A DNA stretch of 64,000 nt from Octopus bimaculoides (Eukaryota), in assembly GCF_001194135.2 (NCBI RefSeq), contig NC_068996.1:23166053-23230052 (forward strand). Reading direction: 5' to 3'. The position numbers and the translations under genes were made by a program. The notes below the pieces were generated by a model. The model had not been told where the DNA came from and did not search any database. It saw nothing but the letters and a program-made list of their open reading frames with translations. Of this stretch, positions 1 to 13,087 are shown in pieces; position 1 is the stretch's first letter; each line of letters begins with the position of its first letter.

Positions 1-113
1 AAAAGAAACTTAATTTTCACAACACTGTATTCTCTAAATACATAAATAATACCATCACAACCATGACCATCACCATTAAATATATGTGAGCATGCATGCA
101 CACATATATCTGT

Positions 114-182
<69 letters not shown>

Positions 183-539
183 TATGGATGAGTATGTATG
201 TATACACATGCATACATGTTATAGCAGAAGCACAAATATGTTCAAGTATTATCATTTTTATTAAGCCTTTTTTATTATTTTTTTTTTTTTCCAGATCTGC
301 TTATAAATCATTTTATGTTTAGTTTGAAACAATTACATTCCAAAATCGTTTTGAAACCTTTACAATCTCTTTTTCCAAATTAAAATTTGTACAAATACTA
401 ACATACCCTCTTCCTACATACACATTTACACCTGCAAACATTTGTATACACACACACACTTACACCTGCAAACCTGTGTGTGCATGCACATACACACACT
501 GCACAATTATTATATTCAATATTTTTATACCTATTTTTT

Positions 540-905
540 CCATGGTTGCCATTTGTTACATTCCTTTGTCACTTCCCAACATTTTGAGACCAGATTTCAC
601 CATTTCTGCCCATGTCTTCCTTGGTCTTCTACTTGAATCTCCAGGAATTTATCTATCTGTTGTCAACCATACTATGTGGAACATGTCCTCACCAATGCTG
701 TCATTTCTTTTGCACACTACATATATTATATGTGATTTCTTTTTATACACAGGAATATATCACATCATTGTCATCATTCAATGCTGGTATGCAGTGGATG
801 GTTTGACTGTGCAAAGCTCCAATGTCTACGTTGGCATGGTTTCTACAGCTGAATACTCTTCCTAATGCCAACCAATTTTCAGAGTGTATTGGGTGCTTTT
901 TACAT
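540..905 (-). mobile_element. Decayed RTE LINE 3' fragment plus 3' UTR tail
   Basis: Minus-strand translation RRPRKTWAEMVK (RTE C-terminal motif); the adjacent 780-900 resembles the RTE tail seen at 54420-54600. Confidence 0.6.
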
Positions 906-3789
906 GACAGCAACAGTAGTGAGGTCAGCAAATAACTTGCAAGACAAGACTCCTCAACAGAGGGAGGGTCGTATTAAGGAGGAGGGTTGTGTGCCAGATA
1001 ATGAGAAATTAGAGTATGAATAGAGATACAAAAATAGGTGTTACCTCCATTGGAGAAAGAGTAGAGAGAGAGAGAGGAAGGGACAGAGAGAGTAGAGATA
1101 GATGGGAAGAGAGTATATATATATATATATATATATATATGAGTCCAAGAAAGTTAGGGGTTGTGAATCCAACCCGCCAAGGGATAGTAGCTATCTAATA
1201 TACTGCTGGAAGAATACCCAATTATTATTACACTAATGTTTTTTCATTGCATGACAATTACATTACCAAGTGTAATAAATGGGTGAGGGTAAAAAGTTAT
1301 TTTACCGTTAAGAAAATGGAGGGGAATAGGTGGTATTTATTGGTAATACAAAGGAAAAACACTAGTGTAATAATAATTGGGTATTCTTCCGGCAGTATAT
1401 TGGATTGACTATGCTGGGGTGCTGTCTTTAAGAAATTGGACAAACAAATCAGCACCAGTACTTATCTTTTAAGCCTGGTACCGATTCTATCACTCTTTTG
1501 CTGAACTGCTAGGTTACAAATATGTAAACAAACCAACACCAGTTGTCAACCCTGAACATACATATGTACATATACACATGTAAATATATGTACAACTATG
1601 TATGTATATGACATAGATTTACATATGTGTATATATACATGTGTATATCTACAAGTATGGTATATGTATGATGGGAGGAACAGATTTATTGTTGGTAGTG
1701 AATATCAGAAAAGAAACTAACAGAAACGGGTGGAGGGGTGAAATGTAGTGTCAGGGGTTAAAGAGACAGACAGACAGACCATGATGAGTATGGCAGGGTA
1801 CATTGAATAGGAGAGTCAGTGCTATTCACATTGTATATGGGTGAATAAGAGTGGCTGAAAGGGTGCTAGAAAGAGAGATGAAAATGATAGTTATAAGGGA
1901 GTAAGCATACTCTCAAGGTGACATCTGCAAGAAAGTAACCAAACGAGAGCAAAATGACACAAGGATAAGGAAGAGGGGGTGAAGGTTACATGAGCAATGT
2001 ATATACACACACACACACACAGATGTATTAATATATGTACACATATGTATGTAATTATATGTGTGTAGATGTGCATATATGTAAATGAATATATGCGTGT
2101 GTGTGTACACATAGATAGATACACATACATTTTCTGAATTGACACATGTCAACTAAAACCTGTCTGAATTTGTCCAATACAGAATACAAAAATTGTTTTG
2201 TCTAAGCAGACAATTTAATTTACTCAGTATATTAATCTTTTCTTTTTTTTTTTTTTGTTTTAAACTTGTGTTGTGTTGGCCTCAATTTGTGTTGATTTGT
2301 AAAAAAAATGTTTTTAGCAGTCCCAAAAAGTGTCAAAACAGCTCAAGTGCTGTTTAGCCCAAGGTCATCCCTGATTTAACAAGCTTATAAATGGCAGCAT
2401 TCCCATTGTGGATACCCTGTGTCTTCAAGTGTATCTTAGACTTCATTTTCAGTTTCTTTCTACTAAATCCACTCATAAGGCTTTAGTCAGCCTGAGACTA
2501 TAGTAAGACAACCAAGGTGCCATGCCATGAAACTGAACCCAAAATCATGTGGTTGAGAAGCAATATTCTTAACACATAGCCGTGCCACACACACACGTGT
2601 ATATATATATAAAATCATCATTTAATGTCTGTTGTCCATGCTAGCATGGTTGGACAATTTTGATTAGAGCTGGTAAGCTGAGGGGCTGCACCAGATTCCA
2701 GTCTGATTTGGCATGGTTTCTATAAATGGATGCTCTTCCTAACACCAACCGCTCCAAGTGTAATGGGTGCTTCTACATGCCAAGACTACAATTTCACTCG
2801 TCTTGGAGGATCTTCCTTCTCAAGCACAGCATATTGCCAAAGGATGGATCTTTCTTACCAAGCTACTCACAAAGCTTTGGTTGGCTCTAGGTTAAAATAT
2901 AAGACACTTTCTGAAGGTGTCACTCAGGGGACTGAGCCTAAAATTATGTGGTTGGGGAGCAAACTTCTTAACCAAACAGCCTGCCTGCTCCCATCATAAA
3001 AAAACAAAAAACACAAAAAAAAAGAACTAGACAAGACGTTTACAGTTGTAAAACAGCCATAGGTCTGTTTCAGGATGATCTGAAGTTAAACAACAACAAT
3101 AGGAACAACAACAGTAATTCCATCCTCAGGTGTTTCTGACAAATGATAAATACATTTTATTTCAGAAGAATACATCTTATTATTGATTAATTGTATTTAT
3201 TATTTTATTTCACTGCCAACTATTATCTATTATTGATTTAACACATTTCTTCAACTTGAAACACAGTTCATCTCACTTAAAACCTGATATGTCGGTCATA
3301 CATTTTCATTCTACAATGTTTTACTTGATGTTGATATTCATGTTGTATGTATATATATATGTATGTATGTATGTATGTGCGTATGTGTATGCATTTGTGT
3401 GTACATATGTATGTGCATGTCTGTATGTATGAATGTGTGTGCATGTATGTAAGAGAAGCAATAAAATTACATTGCTGTTTGGCATATAGAACAATAAAAT
3501 ACACACCAGACTAAATGGAAGGTGATGTGCAGATCATTGATTGACTAAAGCCTTCAAAATGTTGTTCCAGCATTGTTGTATCCCAATGACTGAAGCAAAG
3601 CTGCTTTTTTTTAACAATGTATCATTGCTATTATGTTAAACTGTTGTATGTCCAAATTTGGCCAAATGCGTTTCTTTTGCAATGAAATTCAATTCCAATA
3701 ATGTAATGTAATAATTGTGTATAACTTAATGTAATATACAAGCCAATAAGAGATGTGGTAGTAGTTTTGCATATCAACCCTTTGCCTGT

Positions 3790-3912
3790 TCAAATCCTTT
3801 TCATAAGTTTGTCCCAAACATCCATGTTCATCTTCAGACTTGTAATCAGCTCGTATTTCATACATTCTGAGTAATGATAAAGCTCTCTTTTCCTAAGTAG
3901 CCAGTTATTCTG
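3790..3912 (-). CDS. Candidate terminal coding exon of an unidentified host gene (QNNWLLRKRELYHYSECMKYELITSLKMNMDVWDKLMKRI*)
   Basis: Strong minus-strand acceptor ttcacatttttttcatttttctaatag|cag (NAGNAG). One open protein-like frame ends in TGA at 3790-3792; the other two frames close sooner. Non-repetitive sequence. Confidence 0.5.
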   Translation of the reverse strand, partial: QNNWLLRKRELYHYSECMKYELITSLKMNMDVWDKLMKRI

Positions 3913-4058
3913 CTATTAGAAAAATGAAAAAAATGTGAATGTATATTATTACATGAAGCATGGATGCCAGGGAAATAATATCTTTTATGTATCACATGTA
4001 ATAGACAAAGGGCTAAAAATAGCAGTCATATTTAGAAAGTGATATTGTTATCCTATAC

Positions 4059-4354
4059 ACATTGCTTTAAAAAAAGAAATGAAGGAAGTCCATAATTAGA
4101 GAGTTTTTGATCATATAAGTAAGTTTGTTGATTAAAGCTACAACTGTTTAAACTTGGTAATATATGCCAAGTAAAATCAATTGATTTATGTTCAATCTTC
4201 CTTAACAAATTTGTACTTGCGCAGTCTTTTAAGAAATCTTTTTTAATGTTGCTCTGTATAGTGTCTTCAAGAATTATACAGTCAATTTGATTATTAGATG
4301 TATTCCACAAAGAACTGGTGTACTTGGGGATATTAAAAGTGCAATGTTCTTCTT
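4059..4354 (-). CDS. Candidate coding exon of the same gene (EEHCTFNIPKYTSSLW...GLPSFLFLKQC)
   Basis: 104-aa non-repetitive ORF 4053-4367 preceded by a long polypyrimidine tract and atttag acceptor. A weak donor tgt|gtatag at 4058 joins it in phase 0 to the 3912 exon. No family recognised. Confidence 0.5.
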
Positions 4355-4924
4355 CTAAATCCATCAATTAAAAAAAATTATAAGGGGAAAGCTAAAATGA
4401 ATGAAAGAAAGAAAAGAACAAGATGGCTGCAATAATTTTGAAAAGTGAACATTGAAAATATGTTTTGAGAGAGTCCAATGCTTCAGAGATATTTTCAATT
4501 TCATACTTTTAAATCAAATTACAGAAGAGAGAAGGAAAAAAATAAATATGTGACAATTTTCATGGTTGCTTTTAACAAATATTCAAGAATTTCATTTAGA
4601 TATAGAAACTTTAATTTCAATATTGAAAACTTGAAGAAACAAGCACACAAACAAAAGCTAAATGTGTGTGTGTGTGCGTGCGTATGTGTGTGTGTGTGTG
4701 CGTATGTGTGTGTGTGTAGCCATAGCTATGTGGTAAGAAGCTATAGGTGCAAGCATGAATGTGGGTGGGTTAAGTCCCATTGTGTGGCACCTTGGGCTAA
4801 TGTCTTCTACTATAACCCAGGACTGACCAAAGCCTTGTGAGTAAATTTGAACATGAATGGAAACTGAAAGAAGCCTGTTACATGTGTGTATACACACACA
4901 TTTATATATATATATATATATATA

Positions 4925-5220
4925 GGCACAAGAATAGCTGTAGTAAGAAGTTTGCTTCCGAACCATGTGGTTCTGGCTTCAGTTCCACTGCATGGCACCT
5001 TGGGCAAGTGTTTTCTACAATAGCTTTGGGCTGACCAAAGCCTTGTGAGTGGAACCCCCATCACCACGTGACAACCGGTGTTGTGTTTACATCCCCGTAA
5101 CTTAGCAGTTTGCCAAAAGGGACTGATAAAATAAGTACTAGGGTTGATACATTCGACTAAAAATTCAAGGTGGTGCCCCAGCATGGCCAGAGTTTAATGA
5201 CTGAAACAGGTAAAAGGTTA
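4925..5220 (+). mobile_element. tRNA-derived SINE, family A (octopus-type), internally deleted
   Basis: tRNA-like head ggcacaagaatagctgtagtaagaagtttgcttc...ggcaccttgggcaagtg and tail ggtgccccagcatggcc...tgactgaaac, shared with more than 20 copies in the window. Confidence 0.8.
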
Positions 5221-6729
5221 TATATATATATATATATNNNNNNNNNNNNNNNNNNNNNNNNNNNNNNNNNNNNNNNNNNNNNNNNNNNNNNNNNNNNNNN
5301 NNNNNNNNNNNNNNNNNNNNNNNNNNNNNNNNNNNNNNNNNNNNNNNNNNNNNNNNNNNNNNNNNNNNNNNNNNNNNNNNNNNNNNNNNNNNNNNNNNNN
5401 NNNNNNNNNNNNNNNNNNNNNNNNNNNNNNNNNNNNNNNNNNNNNNNNNNNNNNNNNNNNNNNNNNNNNNNNNNNNNNNNNNNNNNNNNNNNNNNNNNNN
5501 NNNNNNNNNNNNNNNNNNNNNNNNNNNNNNNNNNNNNNNNNNNNNNNNNNNNNNNNNNNNNNNNNNNNNNNNNNNNNNNNNNNNNNNNNNNNNNNNNNNN
5601 NNNNNNNNNNNNNNNNNNNNNNNNNNNNNNNNNNNNNNNNNNNNNNNNNNNNNNNNNNNNNNNNNNNNNNNNNNNNNNNNNNNNNNNNNNNNNNNNNNNN
5701 NNNNNNNNNNNNNNNNNNNNNNNNNNNNNNNNNNNNNNNNNNNNNNNNNNNNNNNNNNNNNNNNNNNNNNNNNNNNNNNNNNNNNNNNNNNNNNNNNNNN
5801 NNNNNNNNNNNNNNNNNNNNNNNNNNNNNNNNNNNNNNNNNNNNNNNNNNNNNNNNNNNNNNNNNNNNNNNNNNNNNNNNNNNNNNNNNNNNNNNNNNNN
5901 NNNNNNNNNNNNNNNNNNNNNNNNNNNNNNNNNNNNNNNNNNNNNNNNNNNNNNNNNNNNNNNNNNNNNNNNNNNNNNNNNNNNNNNNNNNNNNNNNNNN
6001 NNNNNNNNNNNNNNNNNNNNNNNNNNNNNNNNNNNNNNNNNNNNNNNNNNNNNNNNNNNNNNNNNNNNNNNNNNNNNNNNNNNNNNNNNNNNNNNNNNNN
6101 NNNNNNNNNNNNNNNNNNNNNNNNNNNNNNNNNNNNNNNNNNNNNNNNNNNNNNNNNNNNNNNNNNNNNNNNNNNNNNNNNNNNNNNNNNNNNNNNNNNN
6201 CCCCGTCACTTAGCGGTTCGGCAAAATAGACCGATAGAATAAGTATTAGGCTTACAAAGAATAAGTCCTGGGGTCGATTTACTCGACTAAAGGTGGTGCT
6301 CCAGCATGGCTGCAGTCAAATGACTGAAACAAATAAAAGAGAGAAAAGAGATTGAACGTTTGATCATTTCTACCCTATCAAAAGCAGGATTTGGAAATTG
6401 GCATTTTGTGCATGATAGTAGTCTATGATGGCATTACAACGAACTTGTAATAAGTTTCGAAGTTTTAATAAGTCTTAGTGGATAAAGTCATGTGAGATGC
6501 TGGAGCAAGCATATAAACAATACAAAAAAGAAAAAAAATCCTGAGTGAACTGGGGGGGGGGGTTGTGTGCGTGTATGAAAAATTACAAAAATAAAAACTG
6601 TACGTTAAATTATATATATAGATATAAAAAGAATTTCAGTTCATGTAAACAATACTTTTGTAGCAACATTGTGGTTTAGAGTTCAACGTCGAAAATTTCA
6701 ACCATCCAATTTCAGGAATGTGAAAGTAG

Positions 6730-7300
6730 ACCCTCCAGCACAAGTCACTGAATATTGTGATTCGACTGACGCATGCATTCCTCTGGTGGTGTCGTGATTC
6801 CGACATGACATCGCATTAAGATAAACGTGTCAGGTCTGTTGACACACTCCTCCGAAAACTCACTGCTCAAGTAGCAAACACCTTTCCTCTGTTGTATTTT
6901 CGTCTTGAGACTGTTTCGTCTATCTCGACTATCTTTCCAGGACTGCCTATCTGAACTAGTTTGCGGTGGAAGTCCTCTGCACATATTTTACGAACGTAGC
7001 TGTTGTAATCAACAGCTGTGCAGTGCCTCATCCCCAGTTCTTCAACACAAACCGGACTGAAGTCCTTGACCCATGAGTAAAGGGGAAAAAAAGGGAGTAC
7101 AGTCCTCAGAGGAGGGTTCCATCTTCCAACCATGTAACTTTTATAACAGACACATATTCGTTACATCCTTTTCGGGAACACTACCAGTAAATTTTCCCCA
7201 CAAACCATCTTCTTGTTCAAATAACAGCTTTCTTTTAGGTATAACACCCTTTTCTTGCAAGTAAGAAACTGCATCCTCCTTGGTTTTCAATTTCTGCATC
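6730..7300 (-). pseudogene. Degenerate Merlin/IS1595 (ISXO2-like) DDE transposase
   Basis: Translations KEDAVSYLQEKGVIP, ELGMRHCTAVDYNSYVRKICA, GSPGKIVEIDETVSRRKYNRGK and EQ*VFGGVC match the IS1595/Merlin GxGxxVEIDE..RKYNRG..WVFGG signature. Multiple stops and frameshifts; no TIRs found. Confidence 0.8.
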
Positions 7301-8679
7301 ATATTCGAGTTGGCTGTGATCGTATTTTATTTAGGTTGAAATGGTCCAGGAAAACAGTTCAAATTTATGAAAATGAGGTAGTGATAGGACAGCAACCGAA
7401 AATACCCTTTCGTTTCTCAAAAAAAAAAAAACATAGGTGAAAGTGACCAAAATGAGGCAGTATAAACGTGTTCCGAAAATAAGCACTTGTTATTGACAGG
7501 TTAAGGACAATACGTGTGGTTGGAGTTAGAAGCAGACTATACCTTTGCTTTTTACTGTAGAAACAGACACCAATATGTCTGTGGTTGCCGACTGGCTAAA
7601 ATTACTCCAAATTTGCAAACTTTAAAAGCTGTTTATTTCTTAAGTTACTGCAAAAATGAATTTCATTTTCCTAATTAGCATACAAAACCTTAACAATACG
7701 CCAAATCTGAAAACGATCGGAACCAAATTTAAAGAATTGAAAACTGACAGCAACAGAAAAAGATCCAAATTATTAATATACATATTTACATACATGTAAC
7801 CATTAAGTATGTATGTATGTATGTATGTATGTGTGCGTATCCAGCTGAAGAATTTTACAAATGCAATGAACTCCTTTTACAGTAGCAAAATTTGCTATAC
7901 AATTTTTCTAGAGAAATAAAACAAATTTCCAACTACAACGATCTGAATATACTTAATATTTTGAAGTTCATTCCTTCCTAAACTATCTGACAAAAATGAA
8001 AGTGCGAGCGACTGTCTATAAGGAGAAACTGGGTAAGAGAGATGAGTGAATAGAAAGAGAGGGAATAAAAGAGAGAGAAGACAAAAAGCATGAGTGAAGA
8101 AGTGAGAGCGAGTGTCCGTATCTCTGTTGGAAAGAGAGAAGAGTGAAGAAATAAAAATATAGACGAGAGGGAGAGAGAGAATTTGACTGTAATTCTGAGG
8201 GAGAGGAGATAGAAAGTAAGGGAAAGAAAGCGTGACTAAGTTGGAGAGAATAGAAGAGAGTGGGAGATAGAATAGTAGAGACTGAGGGAGTGAGAGAAGA
8301 GAGTGAAGACGAGTGGGCAAGCGTCACAAAAAATAATTATGCAATCAGTATAATGTGTATGTATCTATTTCAAACATCGAATATTTTCAGTTTCTTGGTC
8401 CTTCTTAATATCATGTTACAATTGCAGCTGCTATTGTTTTTACTATGACAATGGAGGAGCCACTGTGTACTTCATTCCACATGCTAGAAATAGTAACATT
8501 ATGTCTCTCAAATTACACTCCATCGCTAAAAAGGACACATTTGATGATGCACTCCTTGATGACTGCGAAAATTTTTTTTTTTGAAGACAGGATAGCCACG
8601 ACTGTGGTGCACTTTTATGATAGAACTACCCAATCCGAGTAGACTGAAGGTAAACAACAAAAACAGTGCCCGGTGTGTT

Positions 8680-8865
8680 TGTCTCTCGACATGGTTGTGG
8701 TATCTCCTGCAAATCAAAGCCTACTGTCTTTAAAAAAAGAAGAAAAAAATAGGGATACATTAGACAATGCAATCTTAGAAACCTAACAGTTGGTAGGTAA
8801 GTTTGTCACATCTGGAACGTTTTTGATCATAGAATTGCTTGGTCAGAGCTGACCTGGGGCTAAAA
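8680..8865 (+). mobile_element. SINE-like repeat family D (ends ctgacctggggctaaa); other copies near 21640, 26930, 28440, 31210 (+) and 2345, 39530, 45110, 47690 (-)
   Basis: Recurrent caaatc..cctactgtctttaaaaa...cattagacaatg...tttgatcatag...gacctggggctaaa motif. Confidence 0.6.
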
Positions 8866-9319
8866 GATAACCAATCGACAAACATTTTGTAGTGTATTTG
8901 TTGCTGCTGCTGGTGATAACCTCCTACTGTCTCTATTGTTGTTGATAGTATTGTAACAACTCTTTCGCCTGGATTCTGCTGCTGCTGCTGCTGTTGCTGT
9001 TGTTACACACGTCTATGTGACTACCACCTTCATCACTATCACCATCATCACCGGAAATACTAGCTTCATTCTATTCATTGCCCCAACTTCGATCATTGCT
9101 GCTGCTACTGCTATTACTATTATCGCTATCACCACTACCAATCATCATCATCATCGACACAACACCACCTCAACTGCTGCCACCGCCATCCTGATGCATT
9201 AACACTCCACTCCCTCACTCTCCATTTACTATCACCAGCAATAAACATCTAACATCACTATCACTTTCACCATCACAACTTCCACCACTACCATTACTAC
9301 ACCACCAAACATCTTTAAA

Positions 9320-9665
9320 CAGTGGACTGCAGCCATGCCGGAGCCCAGGCTTGAAAGATTTTTAATCGAACAAACCAACCCTATTTTAAACCTGATACTT
9401 TTACTATCTTTCCTTTTTTGCCGAACTGCTTGGTTACGGGGACAACATGATTATCAATCGGTGGCGTAGGACAAACATAATACAAAAACGCGTACACGCA
9501 CACATACATTTTGAACCACACACACACATACATACAGACAGACAGACAGATAGATAGGAAATATAGATAGATCAGATACTTAGATAAGTTTCGGTCAGCA
9601 TTGACCCAAATATGAAATATCTATCTACCTATCTATTTATCTATCTATCTATCCATATGTATGTC

Positions 9666-9726
<61 letters not shown>

Positions 9727-9790
9727 GCTTCATATACTTTCTGTCAAATCAATTCACAAGTGTTTGGCCGGCACGGGGCTTTAGTATGTA
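9320..9790 (-). mobile_element. Family A SINE, diverged, with expanded internal microsatellite
   Basis: Reverse-complement matches to the family A tail and head. Confidence 0.7.
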
Positions 9791-10289
9791 CCACGCAATG
9801 GAACCATGTGGTTGGGAGGCGCCTGCGCTTGTATAACTAGATCGCAAGGGACGGGATATCGAAGATTTTCAAGTAAAAATATTTTCACTTCTTTATGTTC
9901 TCTTTCCAATTTAAGTGATGATAAATTCACCACCACCACTTTTAAAATCAGACTTTACCGTTCTGCCTTTATTTGCTAGGGTGAAATTTCAAGGAAGCGT
10001 GTGTGCATCCACATTTGTAAATAAATAAACAACATATTAAATACTGGTGTTTTTGTTTTTTTTTTGTTCGTAAAGTCACACACACGTTCATAGTAATAAG
10101 GATAATCAAATTATAGATATGTAATAAAATAATCAAAAAAATTATTAACGATAAAATTTTGCTAAATAAAGAAAATAGTAATATAATTAAATTAATAAGA
10201 ATTAATTTACATAATGATATAGTTTCAAATATTGGCACAGCACTTTCAGCTTTTTGAGGGGAGGGGGTAAGTCGATTATATCGATGCTA

Positions 10290-10675
10290 GTACTCACTTG
10301 TACTTATATATATATATACACATACACAGACATATACATATATATGCATATATATATACATATATACACACATTTATATACATATATATACACATATATA
10401 TATATACATATATATACACATAAATATATATACACACATATATATACACACATGTATACATATATATATAGACACACACAAATATACATACACACATATT
10501 TATACATATATATATATATACATACACACATATATATACATGCACATATATACACATATATATATAAACATACACATATATATACATACACACACACACG
10601 CACATATATAGATATATATATACACACACATATATATATATATATACATACATACACACACACACACATATATCA
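10290..10675. repeat. (TA/CA)n compound microsatellite; similar tracts at 116-180, 11740-12170, 54600-55170 and 63545-63690
   Basis: Direct inspection; source of the YIYI/CVCV pseudo-ORFs. Confidence 0.95.
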
Positions 10676-10960
10676 GTCCAAAAAACGGAAGAAAATTGCA
10701 ACAAACGACAATTAAACATCCGGACCAGTAGACGATACGAAGACAGGACAAAACAACAACGGGCCATTCATGGCCTTCTCTCATCAGTTAAGTTACCAGA
10801 TTATCCTTACAGTTTCGACCGGTTGCACTTGAAACTGTTCAAACCTGGCTGGCTCGAAAAGTCTAAGCTAAGAGCATCAAATATTTTGGAAGAAAGCAAG
10901 GGAATGTGTACAACAACAAACAAATAACAACAGGTGTCGTTCGCCTAAATGGAGATGGAT
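10660..10960 (-). mobile_element. Probable Penelope-like pseudo-LTR (pLTR) fragment
   Basis: Minus strand has ggtcGAAACtgt and CTGATGA followed by a ggcca/tggcc stem; resembles 55180-55330 (+). The ribozyme core is not complete. Confidence 0.4.
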
Positions 10961-11738
10961 CAAGTTGAGCTGGCGTGTGTGCAGTCAAATCCTTGAGGTA
11001 GGAGCATAAATGAAAATCAGGAGACAGGAATATGTGGTGCTTAGTGTTTAGCAGTCAAACCAAGAAAGATCATGCTTAGCCAACACTGGTCACATGAAAG
11101 GAAAGGAGAGAGGTATGGGCAGAGGGATTAAATATATATACACATATTACAATTAATAAGAGGAATGACCACCGAAGTAGATTCCTAATATGCAAAAATG
11201 AGCAAGACAAATGAAAATGTACAAAATAAAACGTTTTATTTTGTATATTTTCATTTGTCTTGCTCATTTTTGCATTTTGCATATATGTGTATATATATAT
11301 ATATATATNNNNNNNNNNNNNNNNNNNNNNNNNNNNNNNNNNNNNNNNNNNNNNNNNNNNNNNNNNNNNNNNNNNNNNNNNNNNNNNNNNNNNNNNNNNN
11401 NNNNNNNNNNNNNNNNNNNNNNNNNNNNNNNNNNNNNNNNNNNNNNNNNNNNNNNNNNNNNNNNNNNNNNNNNNNNNNNNNNNNNNNNNNNNNNNNNNNN
11501 NNNNNNNNNNNNNNNNNNNNNNNNNNNNNNNNNNNNNNNNNNNNNNNNNNNNNNNNNNNNNNNNNNNNNNNNNNNNNNNNNNNNNNNNNNNNNNNNNNNN
11601 NNNNNNNNNNNNNNNNNNNNNNNNNNNNNNNNNNNNNNNNNNNNNNNNNNNNNNNNNNNNNNNNNNNNNNNNNNNNNNNNNNNNNNNNNNNNNNNNNNNN
11701 NNNNNNNNNNNNNNNNNNNNNNNNNNNNNNNNNNNNNN

Positions 11739-11819
<81 letters not shown>

Positions 11820-12026
11820 CATATATAAATATATATACACATATATATATACATACATGTATATATATATATATATACATGCATATATATATACATGCAT
11901 ATATATATATATACATGCATATATATATATATACATATATAAACATATACATATATATATATATATACATATATAATATATACATGTATATACACACACA
12001 CATATATATACACATATATAGATATA

Positions 12027-12064
<38 letters not shown>

Positions 12065-12181
12065 CATATATATACATATATACATATATATATATAATAT
12101 ACATACACACACACACATATATATACATACATATATACATACACATATATATATACATACACACATTCATACACAAACGCA

Positions 12182-12398
12182 CGAGGGAGTGCTGAAAAGT
12201 TCCTGGCTTTAGGTAAAAGAAAATACAGGAGGATCAGTTAAGTATGACTTTATTTAACATATCCCCCTCTCATATTCACACACTTATTGCAGCTGTACTT
12301 CAGTTTTTCTAAGCCCTGTTTAAGAATTGTAAAGATTGGATCTCTAACCAATCCTTTCGTGATACCCTGGAAGCTGGGAACCTTTCAGTACCCCCTCA
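12182..12398. mobile_element. Mariner-type MITE, copy 1
   Basis: Imperfect TIRs cgagggagtgctgaaaagttcctggc / gctgggaacctttcagtaccccctca followed by TA; second copy at 44447-44660. Confidence 0.75.
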
Positions 12399-12417
12399 TA
12401 CAATATGAATAATCATA

Positions 12418-12448
<31 letters not shown>

Positions 12449-13087
12449 CCGTAGAACTTCAGTTTTTGAGTTACTCTGTTCACGAATAAATTGTACTTTA
12501 TCTCCTATCTTTCTCCGTTTACGAACGCCTCTGATCACAAATAAATCGTGCTTTATATATATTTATATCTATCTATATATTTATAAAGCATGATTTATTC
12601 GTGATCAGAGTAGTTTGAAAATCAAGGTACTAGTGTATATTCTTTTACGTGTTTCAGTCATTTTGACTGTAGCCATGCTGGAGCACCACCTTTTAATTGA
12701 AGAAATCGATCTCTAGAATTATTAATTATCCTATACCCCATTCTAAACACTCTACCTGACATATATACACACACCCATATCCATACACTCAATACCTATA
12801 CTTCACTTGCACCCATACCTAACTGCATCTCTTTTGGTGTATCAGCCCTTGGAGCGCTTTCTGCCAGCTTTGCTGATAGACATAAAGCTAGTTTCAATTT
12901 TCTGCAAATGTACTATGCACTGGTGCTGATCATAGTTTAATCAATAAGCGCAGGAGTGAGGTAAATGCAGTACAAATGGGGGAGGGTCAGTGGAGGCCCC
13001 AATTAGGCGGTCCTTAAAAAAATAGACCCCATTAGGACATTTCCTGGGATTAGGGAGTTGCTGGTTTGAGTTTCGTTGTCCTTGCAT

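Noticed and set aside
4925-5000. tRNA genes at SINE heads
   Set aside because: The heads continue into SINE bodies and lack a full cloverleaf.
5157-6213. ORFs of 190-390 aa spanning N runs (also at 15, 17, 24, 49, 54 and 61 kb)
   Set aside because: They are open only because N codons contain no stops.
10770-10830. Type II hammerhead on the minus strand
   Set aside because: GAAAC and CTGATGA are present but the required stems do not pair.
10254-12182. Long ORFs rich in YI/CV/HT (also at 86-322, 54862-55200, 63492-63809 and elsewhere)
   Set aside because: They are translations of (TA)n/(CA)n microsatellites.
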